From a virus (taxonomy: Duplodnaviria > Caudoviricetes): a stretch of DNA of 64,000 bases. The notes beneath the pieces are model-generated. The model saw nothing but the letters and a program-made list of their open reading frames with translations, did no database searches and was not told the origin of the DNA. The stretch covers positions 1 to 64,000 of IMG/VR virus record IMGVR_UViG_2706795618_000001. One strand, 5' to 3'. The position numbers and the translations under genes were made by a program. Positions 18,746-29,002 of the stretch are shown here, one piece after another (positions within the stretch are counted from its first letter, which is position 1; every line of letters begins with the position of its first letter).

Positions 18746-19743
18746 TGTCGAGGTTCATCCGCGAGGCCGAACTGGCGGCCTACGACGATTGGGAGAAGCT
18801 GCCAGCGTCGTTGCAGGGCTTGGAGACTCGCGTCATCTATATCTCCCCCGACGGGTACCGCTGGGATCTGATCGGCGGGCCGATGGCGGGGATTCAAGGC
18901 GTGTGGTTGGCCGAGGAGTTCGCGGGGGAGCATCACTGGCCGTTCGAGCTGCTGCTGACCGAGGGCGCATACGAACTGGGCTCGACCATTGAGCGGGTCA
19001 ACGTCCTTAAGCGGGAGATTGACCTGGGGGTGATCATCGGCGGCCACAAGCGTGGCGTGATGAACAACTTCCAGTACCGGATGGCCGAGAACCGTTGGTG
19101 GGCAGGGCAAGACGAGAACCGCGACGGGTGGCTGGGGATCTACACGCGGTTCTCCGGGTGGCGCTGGCTGCGGGTCCGGCCGATGAAGACGGTGGAGGGC
19201 AGCCAGAAGCGCGACCCCGTGTACGCCGGGAACAACACCGCCACGTGGTCGATCAAATGGATTGCTGGCAAGCCGTATTACAGCAAGCCGTCGGTGTGGG
19301 GCACCTACACCACCACCCCGTCGAACAAGGAGGGTGTGATCGTCCTGGCCAACCGGGGCGACTTGGACTCCAATCCCCAGTTCCTGGTCCCCCCGGGCAA
19401 GGCGTGGGTGGAGGACGGGATCAGCGGCCGCATGGTGGAGCTGCCGCTGATCAGCCAGAAGGACGGCTACGTCCTGGTGGACACCGACCCCACTCAGCGG
19501 ACCCTCACGGCGTCGAACGATCCCGTGGACAACGTGTTTTACAAGATCGCAAGGCAGTCAAAGATTCTCGACTTCTTGCTGGGGGAGTTGGACGAGACGG
19601 GCGAGCCCGTATGGAAGCGATTCGACAAGACATTCACGCAGTCGGTGCCGAGCACAACCGTTGCTCAGCTTCGCGTTCGGCATGAGACCCCGGGCGCGAC
19701 CATCACGGCCATCATGCCGCAACGCTTCAAGAGGAGCCGATGA
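18745..19743 (+). CDS. Minor tail protein (Dit-like)
   Basis: First gene after TMP; IYISPDG.RWDL, WPFELL, VDTDP. Confidence 0.85.
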   Translation: MSRFIREAELAAYDDWEKLPASLQGLETRVIYISPDGYRWDLIGGPMAGIQGVWLAEEFAGEHHWPFELLLTEGAYELGSTIERVNVLKREIDLGVIIGGHKRGVMNNFQYRMAENRWWAGQDENRDGWLGIYTRFSGWRWLRVRPMKTVEGSQKRDPVYAGNNTATWSIKWIAGKPYYSKPSVWGTYTTTPSNKEGVIVLANRGDLDSNPQFLVPPGKAWVEDGISGRMVELPLISQKDGYVLVDTDPTQRTLTASNDPVDNVFYKIARQSKILDFLLGELDETGEPVWKRFDKTFTQSVPSTTVAQLRVRHETPGATITAIMPQRFKRSR

Positions 19744-21590
19744 CCGCACCGCTGCTGCAAAGCGTCACCGCTGACGACGGAAACATGATCACGGTCCCGA
19801 CGCTGCAGTTCACGCGGTGGCTGGATGAGACGCGGGACAAGGTAATTGGCGCGGACGGGGCACCTGATCCCGTCCGCGACCCGATGTCGGCCTACCGGTA
19901 TCTGAAGGGTCGCCGGTCAGTGATCGAGGGGGCGGCACGCCAGCGTCCCATGCTGCGGCTGTTCGACAAGAACATGGACCCCATCGCCCAGATTGCCGGC
20001 GAACGGCTGGCATCGGTCGAGGAGATGATGAGCGATAGCGGCCAGGCCAACGTCGTTCTGCGGTACGACAACTGGCTGACCGACTTCATCCTGCACCAGA
20101 CCAAGATCCACGAGGATCTGCACCTGGTGGTGGACCCCAACCCCACCAACCGGACGTGGCGTACCCGGTGGGGCGGGAAGATCACGGGGATTAATGCCAA
20201 GCGTGACAGCAGCGGCATCCACACCCTGGAGCTGGAGGCGATCAGCAACCGCCAGCACGCCAAGCACATGCTGTTTGCCAGTAACCCCGTGTTCCCGCCG
20301 GAAATCCAGCTGCCCAAAATGTGGGTGCTGCCAGGCAATACGCGCACCATTCTGTCCATCTCGATGTTCGTCAACCTGGCGCGCCGGTTCTTCCCGCTGC
20401 TGTCGATCCCCACCAACATCTTCAACCCGATGGCGTGGGTAAACGGTTGGGGCGCAGGGCTCGACCCGCTGATGTGGCCGCTGCAGGTGGCGTTCGTCAA
20501 CCCGCTGCTGGACCAGTCGCGGCTGTCGGTGCTGGGTTCGTCGTGGACCGACTGGCACACCGCGATGGACAGCATGCTCAAGGACGCGGGTGTGCTGTTC
20601 CGGGCCTACACGTGGCTGACGGAGGACGCCGACACCCCGCACACCGAGCTGGTGGACATGGTGCGCGGGCTGGGCCCGCTCCAGGACACGGTGGACAATC
20701 TGACTCGCCCGCACCGCAATTGCGTGGTGTTCGCCCTGGAGGACAAGTCGGGCGTGCAGGGGCCGACGGGTACGGCCGCGGACGGCGTTATCAACCTGAT
20801 CGGCGCGACGGCCGACGACATGATCACCGAGACGCTGTTCAACCTCGACCGCGACGGCGACGGCGAGACCGACCCCATTTTCCGGAAGCTGCTGGGTGTC
20901 GCCCCGGAGAAGCCCAAGACCATCTGGTACGACGGCCAGTTCTCCGGGATCATCGAATCCGAAATCCGCAGGCACAAAGGGCCTGTCAAGAAGATCCATA
21001 CCGGCGGCCGCAGTCCGTCGATCCTGAACCAAGCGCAGACCTACGCAATCCGTTATGCGCTCAGCCAATTGGCTCAGGTCATCTCGTATGGCATTGGTGC
21101 ATATCAGCAATACGGCACCGAGGGCCTGGACAACCTGTATCAGGGCCAGCTTGACAACACTCTATTCGCCTGGCAGGCCTTCGATGACCCGATCCGTGCG
21201 CTGCAGACCGGCGACATGGCGTGGCAAGAGCACTTTGAGCGCGGGTCGGGCACTGCCTACACGCTGTCGGGCATCGTCACCCTGCGGGTGGGCCACTACA
21301 AAACCCGTGCGTGGCAGGGCTTCACGGTCAAGGTGGTCAACGGTCGTCCCCACGCGGTGGATGTGGACATCACCCTGGGCGACCGGGCGGGGTTCGAGCA
21401 GGGCGGGATCATCTTCGTTGACCAGATCACCGCGATTAAGCGCAGCTGGTCGCGCACCGAACCCGTCACGGTGCAGCTGTCCATCGGTGACGACCAGGAC
21501 AAGGAGGATCCCGCGGCCCGCGGGCTGCGGGCGATTCAGGCTGTCTGGACCACCCTGGGAATGTTGCTAGGTGAAGGGACCATTTTCTAA
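19740..21590 (+). CDS. Minor tail protein (Tal/baseplate hub-like)
   Basis: RPMLRLFDKN, RWGGKI, LGDRAGFE; second gene after TMP. Confidence 0.85.
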   Translation: MTAPLLQSVTADDGNMITVPTLQFTRWLDETRDKVIGADGAPDPVRDPMSAYRYLKGRRSVIEGAARQRPMLRLFDKNMDPIAQIAGERLASVEEMMSDSGQANVVLRYDNWLTDFILHQTKIHEDLHLVVDPNPTNRTWRTRWGGKITGINAKRDSSGIHTLELEAISNRQHAKHMLFASNPVFPPEIQLPKMWVLPGNTRTILSISMFVNLARRFFPLLSIPTNIFNPMAWVNGWGAGLDPLMWPLQVAFVNPLLDQSRLSVLGSSWTDWHTAMDSMLKDAGVLFRAYTWLTEDADTPHTELVDMVRGLGPLQDTVDNLTRPHRNCVVFALEDKSGVQGPTGTAADGVINLIGATADDMITETLFNLDRDGDGETDPIFRKLLGVAPEKPKTIWYDGQFSGIIESEIRRHKGPVKKIHTGGRSPSILNQAQTYAIRYALSQLAQVISYGIGAYQQYGTEGLDNLYQGQLDNTLFAWQAFDDPIRALQTGDMAWQEHFERGSGTAYTLSGIVTLRVGHYKTRAWQGFTVKVVNGRPHAVDVDITLGDRAGFEQGGIIFVDQITAIKRSWSRTEPVTVQLSIGDDQDKEDPAARGLRAIQAVWTTLGMLLGEGTIF

Positions 21591-22132
21591 TGGGCACAAC
21601 GGAATTGAGCGAGCGCGACCTGGCGGTGTGCCTGGAAGCCGACGAGTGCGAGGACTGGGACGACCCCGACCTGGCGGTGGGGCTTGCCGCCGGCCTCGAC
21701 CTGCAGAAGGCGCGCAAGGTGGCCCAGATGCGCGACGTGCAGCGGGCCTACATGGAACTGCTGGAGGTGATGGAGTACCCCGTGGATCAGCGCGGGGTGC
21801 CCCACGACCTCAACGCCATGTCTGCATCGGTGCTGGCCATCGCGTGGACCGCCGCACTGTACGGGTTCCGACGCTCCGGTGACGCACTGATCAAGAAACG
21901 CAAGATGTTCGGCCCGGGACTGTATGAGAACGCCTGCACGTGGGTCGATGTCAACGCACCCGACGACGCCGAGCGCGACCTGAAGCCCGGCGACTTCTCC
22001 GACGACCGGCTACGGCCACCCGACGTGCGGGGACTTGCCGCACGCCGCGATGGCGAAGGGCCACAAGTGATTGCGGAATGGCACACCAAAGCCGAGGTCC
22101 GCTACACCGACGAACCACGACCGAAGGGCTGA
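21590..22132 (+). CDS. Tail-region protein (DUF2744-like)
   Basis: AWTAALYGFR, IKKRK, WVDVNAPDD; conserved position in mycobacteriophage tails. Confidence 0.6.
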   Translation: MGTTELSERDLAVCLEADECEDWDDPDLAVGLAAGLDLQKARKVAQMRDVQRAYMELLEVMEYPVDQRGVPHDLNAMSASVLAIAWTAALYGFRRSGDALIKKRKMFGPGLYENACTWVDVNAPDDAERDLKPGDFSDDRLRPPDVRGLAARRDGEGPQVIAEWHTKAEVRYTDEPRPKG

Positions 22133-22136
22133 CGCG

Positions 22137-23567
22137 ATGACTGCACCCACCACCACCCCCGGCATGGGCGAGATGGTGTACCTGAAGTCCGTTTTGACCA
22201 ACGTCCACATCTTCGGTGTGGTGGGCGACGGTGACACCCCGGACCAGTTCTGCGCCACCCTGGAGATCGCCGGGGACAACGCCACCATGTCGCTGGCCGC
22301 GCTGGTCGGTCCCCCGGGGCCAGCGGGCCAGAACGCCTTTGCGCTGCGGCTTCAGAAGTCGATCATTGACGACCCGGAAGACCTGCCCCAGAACCTCACC
22401 GACGATGAGGAGGACTTGGGCAAGTACTGGGTGATGAACCACTACGACACCCAGAACGAGCAGCAAATGGTGACCATCACGGGGTCACCGACGGCGGGCA
22501 CGTGGGTGTACATCCTGGGCGACATCACGTCTGTGCCCATCCCGTTCAACGCCACCGCCGCGGTGGTGGAGGCGGCCATCGCCGGTATGTCCAACGTGGG
22601 CCTGGGCAACGTGTCGGTGGAGGGCGTGGCGGGTGGCCCGTACTTCATCAACTTCATCGGCGCGATGGGTGCCGTGGACGTGGAGCACGGGATCGCCGAC
22701 GGTACCGAACTGGAGGGTGGCACCGCGCCTGCCGCGACGTGCACCGTCACCGTGGAGGGTGGCAACGTCCTGACGGGCAGCCGCGCGTACATCTGGTTTG
22801 GCGACCACTACAAGGTGCTGATGATGGGCAGCCAGGGACCAGTCGGCCCCGTCCCCAACATCACCTGGCGCGTGGAGCTGCTCGACCCCGAGGGGTCGGT
22901 GGACAGCTACATGCAGCAGACCGGCACCATGCTGGCCCCCACCGTCACGGCGTTCCTCAAGGTGCCGCGCGGACCCCAGGGGCCAGCCACCGCCATCAGC
23001 CTGGCCCCCGACGTGGACATGACGGTCCCGCCGACCATCGGCCAGGTGCTGGGCTACGCCGGCAACACGACGGCCGACGGGACGCCCATCTGGGAGCCCA
23101 TCAGCGTGGGGGCCATCATCCCCAAGCCGTACATCGTCCCGGAGGCGGCGTTCAACAACTTCGAGGGGCTGTCCACCCGCGCGCCCATCGGGTCGTTTGC
23201 CATCCCGCCCAACGAGTTCCCGTCCAAGCCCATCGTGTGGGGCAAGATCCGCGCCGTTGGCCTGGAGCTGGACAGTGACCCGCTGATCATCGGATGTGAG
23301 GTGCGGCTGGGCCATCCGACGACCGGACAGCTGGTGGCACGCGGGTTCGGCAACAGCACGGGCTGGACCATCCTGACGCCGCACACCAGCACGCCAAGCG
23401 ATCCCAGCGCGGCCATGACGCCCGACAATGAGACGGCGCTGATCCCGGCCAACCACAGCGGCAACGCGGGCACGCTCTACGTCAACCTGTACAACGACGG
23501 CCTGACGGGCGTGTACCTGTTCAACAAGACCAACGCGCAGCTGTTCGTCCAGGTGAACCCGGTCTAA
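22137..23567 (+). CDS. Minor tail protein with short collagen-like segments and an inserted domain
   Basis: GPPGPAG, GSQGPVGP, PRGPQGPA; VPEAAF. Confidence 0.8.
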   Translation: MTAPTTTPGMGEMVYLKSVLTNVHIFGVVGDGDTPDQFCATLEIAGDNATMSLAALVGPPGPAGQNAFALRLQKSIIDDPEDLPQNLTDDEEDLGKYWVMNHYDTQNEQQMVTITGSPTAGTWVYILGDITSVPIPFNATAAVVEAAIAGMSNVGLGNVSVEGVAGGPYFINFIGAMGAVDVEHGIADGTELEGGTAPAATCTVTVEGGNVLTGSRAYIWFGDHYKVLMMGSQGPVGPVPNITWRVELLDPEGSVDSYMQQTGTMLAPTVTAFLKVPRGPQGPATAISLAPDVDMTVPPTIGQVLGYAGNTTADGTPIWEPISVGAIIPKPYIVPEAAFNNFEGLSTRAPIGSFAIPPNEFPSKPIVWGKIRAVGLELDSDPLIIGCEVRLGHPTTGQLVARGFGNSTGWTILTPHTSTPSDPSAAMTPDNETALIPANHSGNAGTLYVNLYNDGLTGVYLFNKTNAQLFVQVNPV

Positions 23568-26155
23568 TGCCACGCGCGGTTGACCTTCGGCCTGAGAAGT
23601 TCGACGTATCGCACGACCCCACCCAGCAGCTGTCGCCCGACACGGGTCTGGAGCAGCTGGGTGGGCCAATTGACGAGCTGGGCAAGCTACTTGGGGAGTT
23701 CCCGCGGCGGCTGATCGAGACGCTGCTGGGGATCGCGAAAGACCCGATTCCCGAGGTGGCCGAATGGGTTGCCAACGTGCCGGGGCTCTCCCAGCTTGTC
23801 GCCGCGTTGACCGGAATACCCGGCACCCTGGCACAACTGCAGCGGACATTTCAGAACTGGCGTGACTTCTTGGCTATCGACCTCAACGGGGAGGACTTCG
23901 ACCCCGAGGCCGCGGCGCGCCAGTTCGTCACCACGGTGGTGCAGCCGTTCATCAAGGTCATCTCCCAGATACGGGCCGCGTTGCTCGGGCCGCTGCCGAT
24001 TGGCCTGCTGACCAACGACACCCCAACGCTGTTGCTGGAGGGTGGGTTCGATGAGCCCATCACCATCGTGGAGGGGTCGGGGTTCACCCACGACGCCACC
24101 GACGGTGTGCCTGGCACCAGTCCGCTGGGGTGTGCCCGTGCGGTATGCGATGGGACGCACAAGCAGACCGCCACCGCGCTACTGAAGGTCGGGCCGGGGT
24201 GGGCGCTGAAGCTGGGCGGCCGCGTCAAGCACGAGAACCTGGTGGCGGGGGCCAACGCGCTCCGCATCAACCTGCTGCCGTACGCCGATGAGAACACCCC
24301 CTGGTCGGGCGGTGCCGTCATGGTGGCGACGGCGGGCACGGTATCGGGAACGTCGGGCGGCGACGGTGGTTGGGGCACCACACCTATCGAGGGCACGTGG
24401 ACGGTGCCGCTGATCGGCGTTCAGTACGTCGCGGTGGAGGTCCACGTCACCGACGCCGCCACCGCTGGCGTGGCCAAGTACGACGAGGTTTATCTGCTTG
24501 CCACCCAATTGATTCCACAGATGTTTACCAAGGATCTGCCCGAGGATCTGTTGACGTTGTGGAACGGGTTGGGCGGCTTGGTCGAGCAGATGCTGACCCG
24601 GCTGGGCCTGCCGGTGCTGGGCGACTTCTGGGACCAGGTGGCCGACCTGACGGACGAGCTGGAACTGATCCAGGAGAGGGCCGCCCAAGGTGTCGAGGAC
24701 GCAGCCCAGGCAATCACCGACCTGGCGGCGTTGGCCAGCAACCTGCTCAACAACCCCGCGACGGTGTTGGGGCAGATCGGCCAGGAGCTGGTCGAGAACC
24801 TGGAGGACGACCTGGCCGAAGCGGGCGACACCATCGCGGACGTGTTCGATGATGTGCGGCAAACGTGGCGCGACATCTTCAACGCCATCTCTGGCCGCAA
24901 TCAAGACACCAGCAGCCGCGAACAGGCCGCAGCTCAGGTGGCCGAGCTGGCTGCCACCACGGCCGCGAATGCAGCCCTGCTAGCTCAACTCCAGGCCATC
25001 GCGGATGGTGAGGGTAGCGGTGGTGTCACGGGTGGCGATGACTTCGAACGGGTTAACACAGAGAACATCGGGCCCGGTTGGGACGAAGCGTATTCGGCTA
25101 GTACCGCGACGGGTGGCCGCTACAAGATCGCAGACGGTCACCAGGCGGTACTGGTCCCCGTTGGATCGGCCACACAAAGCGGCATGTTTGTGCGATCCCT
25201 CGATCAGCCGGACGCTAAGACGGCGACCAATTTTCAGAAGGTCACGATGGTTCTGGGCACGCAAGTCGCTCAAATCAATGCCACGGACCGGATCTATGGC
25301 CGTGTCAGTGACGACCGAACGCAGTACGTGTTCGCCGAACTGGGAAGCGGCCTTTCGTTCCCAACCCGAATCCGTTTGGGCTACAACATCGGTGCCGGTG
25401 AAGTCATCACATACAACGCGGAGTTCGCGGTAGACCGATCACCGGGTCAGATATGGTCGCTGCTCTGCGGTACAGGCTCTAACGCGCGTGTGTTTGGGCT
25501 TTCGCTGGGTGGCTCAACCATTGCGGGGTGGTCAGATACGGGCAACGTCACCGGTATGGGTGCCGGATTCCTGCGGTGGGGATTCGGCGGGGCATCGGCG
25601 ACGTTCGTCGGTCAGCTCAAGCTGCCTTCGGCAATTACTCGCGTGACTATTGCTGACAACACCCCAGTTCCTGTGCTGGGTACGACTTTCCGTGCATACC
25701 GGGCCAACACCGCAGCAGTCACTATGACTCTGGACGACCAATCAGGACGCCTCGAAAACGTCTTCGACACAATTGATTACATTTCCTCCGACTTCATGTG
25801 GAATCCAGCAACAGCGACGTTGACCGTGACCAAGACTGGAACCTACTTGGCGGCTGGGCGACTGATGGCCAATGCCGACCTGAAGACAAGCACCATTCAG
25901 GCCCTAGAACTATTCGTTAACGGGTCAAGGAAGATGCGTACTGGCGACAAAATCGTTGCGGCATCGGGTGTCGGTTCCGGTTCCGGCAATGACCGTGAGG
26001 TCGCCGGTGTGGCTCCCATTTACCTGAATGCGGGCGATCAGCTGTCGTTGTGGTTGTACATGAATGATCGGGCGGGCGGTGTCAACGTCACGTTCCCGAT
26101 TACCGGCGATGCGGGCGGCGTAAATACCTGGTTCTCAGTGACCAAGGTGGCCTGA
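23567..26155 (+). CDS. Large minor tail protein, candidate receptor-binding protein
   Basis: 862 aa; carbohydrate-binding-like middle; beta-rich C-terminus. Confidence 0.75.
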   Translation: MPRAVDLRPEKFDVSHDPTQQLSPDTGLEQLGGPIDELGKLLGEFPRRLIETLLGIAKDPIPEVAEWVANVPGLSQLVAALTGIPGTLAQLQRTFQNWRDFLAIDLNGEDFDPEAAARQFVTTVVQPFIKVISQIRAALLGPLPIGLLTNDTPTLLLEGGFDEPITIVEGSGFTHDATDGVPGTSPLGCARAVCDGTHKQTATALLKVGPGWALKLGGRVKHENLVAGANALRINLLPYADENTPWSGGAVMVATAGTVSGTSGGDGGWGTTPIEGTWTVPLIGVQYVAVEVHVTDAATAGVAKYDEVYLLATQLIPQMFTKDLPEDLLTLWNGLGGLVEQMLTRLGLPVLGDFWDQVADLTDELELIQERAAQGVEDAAQAITDLAALASNLLNNPATVLGQIGQELVENLEDDLAEAGDTIADVFDDVRQTWRDIFNAISGRNQDTSSREQAAAQVAELAATTAANAALLAQLQAIADGEGSGGVTGGDDFERVNTENIGPGWDEAYSASTATGGRYKIADGHQAVLVPVGSATQSGMFVRSLDQPDAKTATNFQKVTMVLGTQVAQINATDRIYGRVSDDRTQYVFAELGSGLSFPTRIRLGYNIGAGEVITYNAEFAVDRSPGQIWSLLCGTGSNARVFGLSLGGSTIAGWSDTGNVTGMGAGFLRWGFGGASATFVGQLKLPSAITRVTIADNTPVPVLGTTFRAYRANTAAVTMTLDDQSGRLENVFDTIDYISSDFMWNPATATLTVTKTGTYLAAGRLMANADLKTSTIQALELFVNGSRKMRTGDKIVAASGVGSGSGNDREVAGVAPIYLNAGDQLSLWLYMNDRAGGVNVTFPITGDAGGVNTWFSVTKVA

Positions 26156-27216
26156 TGCCCTGGTCGCCAACACCGACCAGCCCCCTGGGTGAGCACGAGC
26201 CAGCGTGGTTCCCGACGCCCCCTACCCCTGAACCCGAGCAACACCGCCCGGCGTGGTTCCCGCGATGGCGCGTCACCACCAGCGACCAGGGCGTGGGTAC
26301 CGACAGCGGGCTGGTGGTGCCGCGGCTACTTGCACCCGACACGGGCCTGGGGGCCGACAGCGCGGTGGTGTCGCGTACCGCCGGCCAGATACTGGCCGAC
26401 ACGGGCCTGGGGGCCGACGCCGGGCTGATCACGCCCCTGCTGTTGACGGCCGACCAGGGCGCGGGAGCCGACAGCGCGCGGGTCGGGGTGTACGGCAGCG
26501 ACCAGGGCGCGGGTACGGACAGCGGCCTGGTGGTGCCGAGGTTTGCTGCGGTGGACGCCGCGGTCGGGGCCGACATGCTGACGCTGTTGCCGCGGATGGG
26601 AGTGGCCGACCAGGGCGCGGGAGCCGACAGCGCCACAGCGGTATTCAGCCCCCGCGCGGCCGTCGTCGCCAGCTGGGCCGCCGCCGGCACCTACACGTTC
26701 ACCATCCCCGTTTGGTGCCGGTACATCGACATCGTGCTACTTGGGGGCGGTGGCGGTGGTGCCAGCCCCGGCACGTTCTACACCCTCAAGGGCCACCCCG
26801 GGGAAGCGGGCACATGGGTCACGGTGACGCTGGAACGCGGCGTCCACATCCCGTGGACAGCCATCACCATCACCATCACGGTGGGGACCGGCGGTGCCCG
26901 AGGATCGGGCGTCAGCGTGACGGGCGTTGCTGGACAGGCCGGTACAGCAACGACGGTGGCCGTTACCGGATGGAGTGGCGCGTCAGCCGCTGGCGGCGCG
27001 GGGGGTGGCACCAGCCTGACGGGCACCACCGACAACGTGGGCCGGTCGCCCGGCAACATCGTCTACAACGACCTGCCGTATTCCGGTGGTGCGGCCCAAT
27101 CGTCCAACGGCGGCGCGGGTAACGCGCCCGGTGGTGGCGGTGCCGGTGGCGGTCCGTTCGGTGGTGCCGGTGGAGTCGGAGCACCCGGCGGCGCATGGTT
27201 GCGCGCATACCAGTAG
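26155..27216 (+). CDS. Minor tail protein with DQG.G.DS repeats and glycine-rich C-terminus
   Basis: Repeated (S/A)DQG(A/V)G(A/T)DS and DTGLGAD units; LLGGGGGG, GGAGG...PGGG motifs. Confidence 0.8.
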   Translation: MPWSPTPTSPLGEHEPAWFPTPPTPEPEQHRPAWFPRWRVTTSDQGVGTDSGLVVPRLLAPDTGLGADSAVVSRTAGQILADTGLGADAGLITPLLLTADQGAGADSARVGVYGSDQGAGTDSGLVVPRFAAVDAAVGADMLTLLPRMGVADQGAGADSATAVFSPRAAVVASWAAAGTYTFTIPVWCRYIDIVLLGGGGGGASPGTFYTLKGHPGEAGTWVTVTLERGVHIPWTAITITITVGTGGARGSGVSVTGVAGQAGTATTVAVTGWSGASAAGGAGGGTSLTGTTDNVGRSPGNIVYNDLPYSGGAAQSSNGGAGNAPGGGGAGGGPFGGAGGVGAPGGAWLRAYQ

Positions 27217-27228
27217 AGGAGCGGGGCA

Positions 27229-27660
27229 ATGCTGGCCAGTGAAGCGACGTTCAGAATCCGGTTCCACCAGGAGGTGGCCAACTACTTCTACTGCGGCACA
27301 GGGGAACTGGGACTCCAGCTGGCCAACCTGTACCTGGACACTCTGGCCAACGATCCGACGGTCGATCAGCGGGCGATTGAGCACACCCCGGCGTTCGACC
27401 TCGCGGTTTGGGACTTCACTTCAGATCAACTGCCCGACAACGATATTGAACTCCACTCGTGGGTATGGCTCGATGAGACCGACGGGATTACCGGCCAATG
27501 GATCACCCACGGCGGCGTGATGATGGACGGTATCGACGGCTTCAATCTGCTTAAGCCGCAAATCGAATCGCTCCAGGGATACGCCGACCAACACGTCCGC
27601 AATATCGCCCTGGGATATGCCCCGATAGTCACCACTTGGGCCGACTGGCAAACGCCGTAA
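27229..27660 (+). CDS. Hypothetical tail-region protein
   Basis: GAGGAG RBS; intact 143-aa ORF within the tail operon. Confidence 0.6.
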   Translation: MLASEATFRIRFHQEVANYFYCGTGELGLQLANLYLDTLANDPTVDQRAIEHTPAFDLAVWDFTSDQLPDNDIELHSWVWLDETDGITGQWITHGGVMMDGIDGFNLLKPQIESLQGYADQHVRNIALGYAPIVTTWADWQTP

Positions 27661-27678
27661 CCGAAAGAAGGGGTTGCA

Positions 27679-28077
27679 ATGTCCGTATACCAACCGGCAC
27701 ACCGCCGAGCCGCGTGCGCGGCCATCACCGCGCTGGGCAACCGGGTCGGCCTGTACTACGGGACAACCCGTGTCGGCACCGCGTACGCCGACACCACCTG
27801 GGCCGCACCGACCGACATCAACGAGCCGATCAACCCCGCGCTGCCCGTCAGCGGCAGCAACCCCAACGTAGACAAGGCGCAGTCCGTCGGCTCTGCCGTC
27901 ACCATCTCGGTACCGGCCAACACCGTGCCCAACGGAACGGTCATCGACCGATACGGGATCCACAACGGCACAACGCTGCTGCGTACCGAGGCGCTGCCAA
28001 TCGCATTGGTCATCAACGACGGCACGCAGGCGTTCTCGGCCGACGTGACCCCCAAGTTCAAGTATCGGGGCGAATGA
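27679..28077 (+). CDS. Small minor tail protein
   Basis: AITALGNRVGLY, AYADTTW, GSAVTISVPA. Confidence 0.7.
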   Translation: MSVYQPAHRRAACAAITALGNRVGLYYGTTRVGTAYADTTWAAPTDINEPINPALPVSGSNPNVDKAQSVGSAVTISVPANTVPNGTVIDRYGIHNGTTLLRTEALPIALVINDGTQAFSADVTPKFKYRGE

Positions 28078-28352
28078 TGACGCCGCTGCGGCCGGGCGAC
28101 CGGCTGTGGATCGGCCTGTTGGCCTACGTGGTGGGGGCCAACGTGTGGGCCACAACGCACAACACCGAGATGCTGAGCGAGGTCTGCGACCGCCAGCTGA
28201 AGGTCCATCGCTGGCTGACCGAGGTGGTGCTGGCCGCTCTCTACTGCCACCTCTCCAACCGAGTGCCCGACCGGTACGACCCGATTCACTGGCTGTTCGT
28301 CGGGGTCAAGGCGACGGCAACTCGACTGATGCGTAAGGAGATTGATACGTGA
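28074..28352 (+). CDS. Small membrane-associated protein before lysis genes
   Basis: ATGA/GTGA overlaps; WIGLLAYVV, EMLSE, HLSN..P..YDPIH. Confidence 0.7.
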   Translation: MMTPLRPGDRLWIGLLAYVVGANVWATTHNTEMLSEVCDRQLKVHRWLTEVVLAALYCHLSNRVPDRYDPIHWLFVGVKATATRLMRKEIDT

Positions 28353-29002
28353 GCGCTGTGGATGTGCTGTCCCAGGCGATGCTGGGGTCGGTGAGCCGGG
28401 AGCGGTACGCCCAGCTGCTACCCGCGTTGTCGGAATGCCTGGTGCGCTGTGGATGCACCACGGTGCCCCGGATCGCCATGTTCAACGCACAGGTCGGTCA
28501 CGAATCGGCCGGCCTGCTGTACATGTCGGAAATCTGGGGACCGACTGCCGCGCAATGCGGTTACGAGTGGCGTACCGACCTGGGCAACACCGTCGCGGGT
28601 GACGGCTACCGGTTCCGAGGCCGCGGCCCCCTGCAGGTGACGGGCCGGGGCCACTACACCAACCTGTCACGGTGGGCCTACAGCCAGGGCCTGGTGCCCA
28701 CGCCCACGTTCTTCGTGGACGATCCCGACCAGCTGGCCGGTGACCGATACGGCTTCATCGGCGTCACCTGGTACTGGACGGTGGAGCGGCCCCAGCTCAA
28801 CGCATTGGCCGACGCGCGCGACATCGTGGGCGCTACCCGCGCGGTCAACGGCGGGACCAACGGGCTGGAGGACGGCCCGTGGGGTCCGGGTCGCCGTACC
28901 CGCTGGAACCGCAACCTCGCCATGGGATCGGCGCTGCTTTCGCTACTGGAGCAACAGGATTGGCAACCCGTCCTGGACTACCTGCAAGGGAGGACGCTGT
29001 GA
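28349..29002 (+). CDS. Endolysin catalytic unit 1: GH19 glycoside hydrolase, standalone
   Basis: FNAQVGHES, DGYRFRGRGPLQVTGR, TRAVNGGTNGLED; no cell-wall-binding domain; ends QDWQPVLDYLQGRTL. Confidence 0.9.
   Translation: MSAVDVLSQAMLGSVSRERYAQLLPALSECLVRCGCTTVPRIAMFNAQVGHESAGLLYMSEIWGPTAAQCGYEWRTDLGNTVAGDGYRFRGRGPLQVTGRGHYTNLSRWAYSQGLVPTPTFFVDDPDQLAGDRYGFIGVTWYWTVERPQLNALADARDIVGATRAVNGGTNGLEDGPWGPGRRTRWNRNLAMGSALLSLLEQQDWQPVLDYLQGRTL

Noticed and set aside
23567-27216. Diversity-generating retroelement or invertible tail locus
   Set aside because: No reverse transcriptase, template/variable repeat pair, invertase or flanking inverted repeats seen
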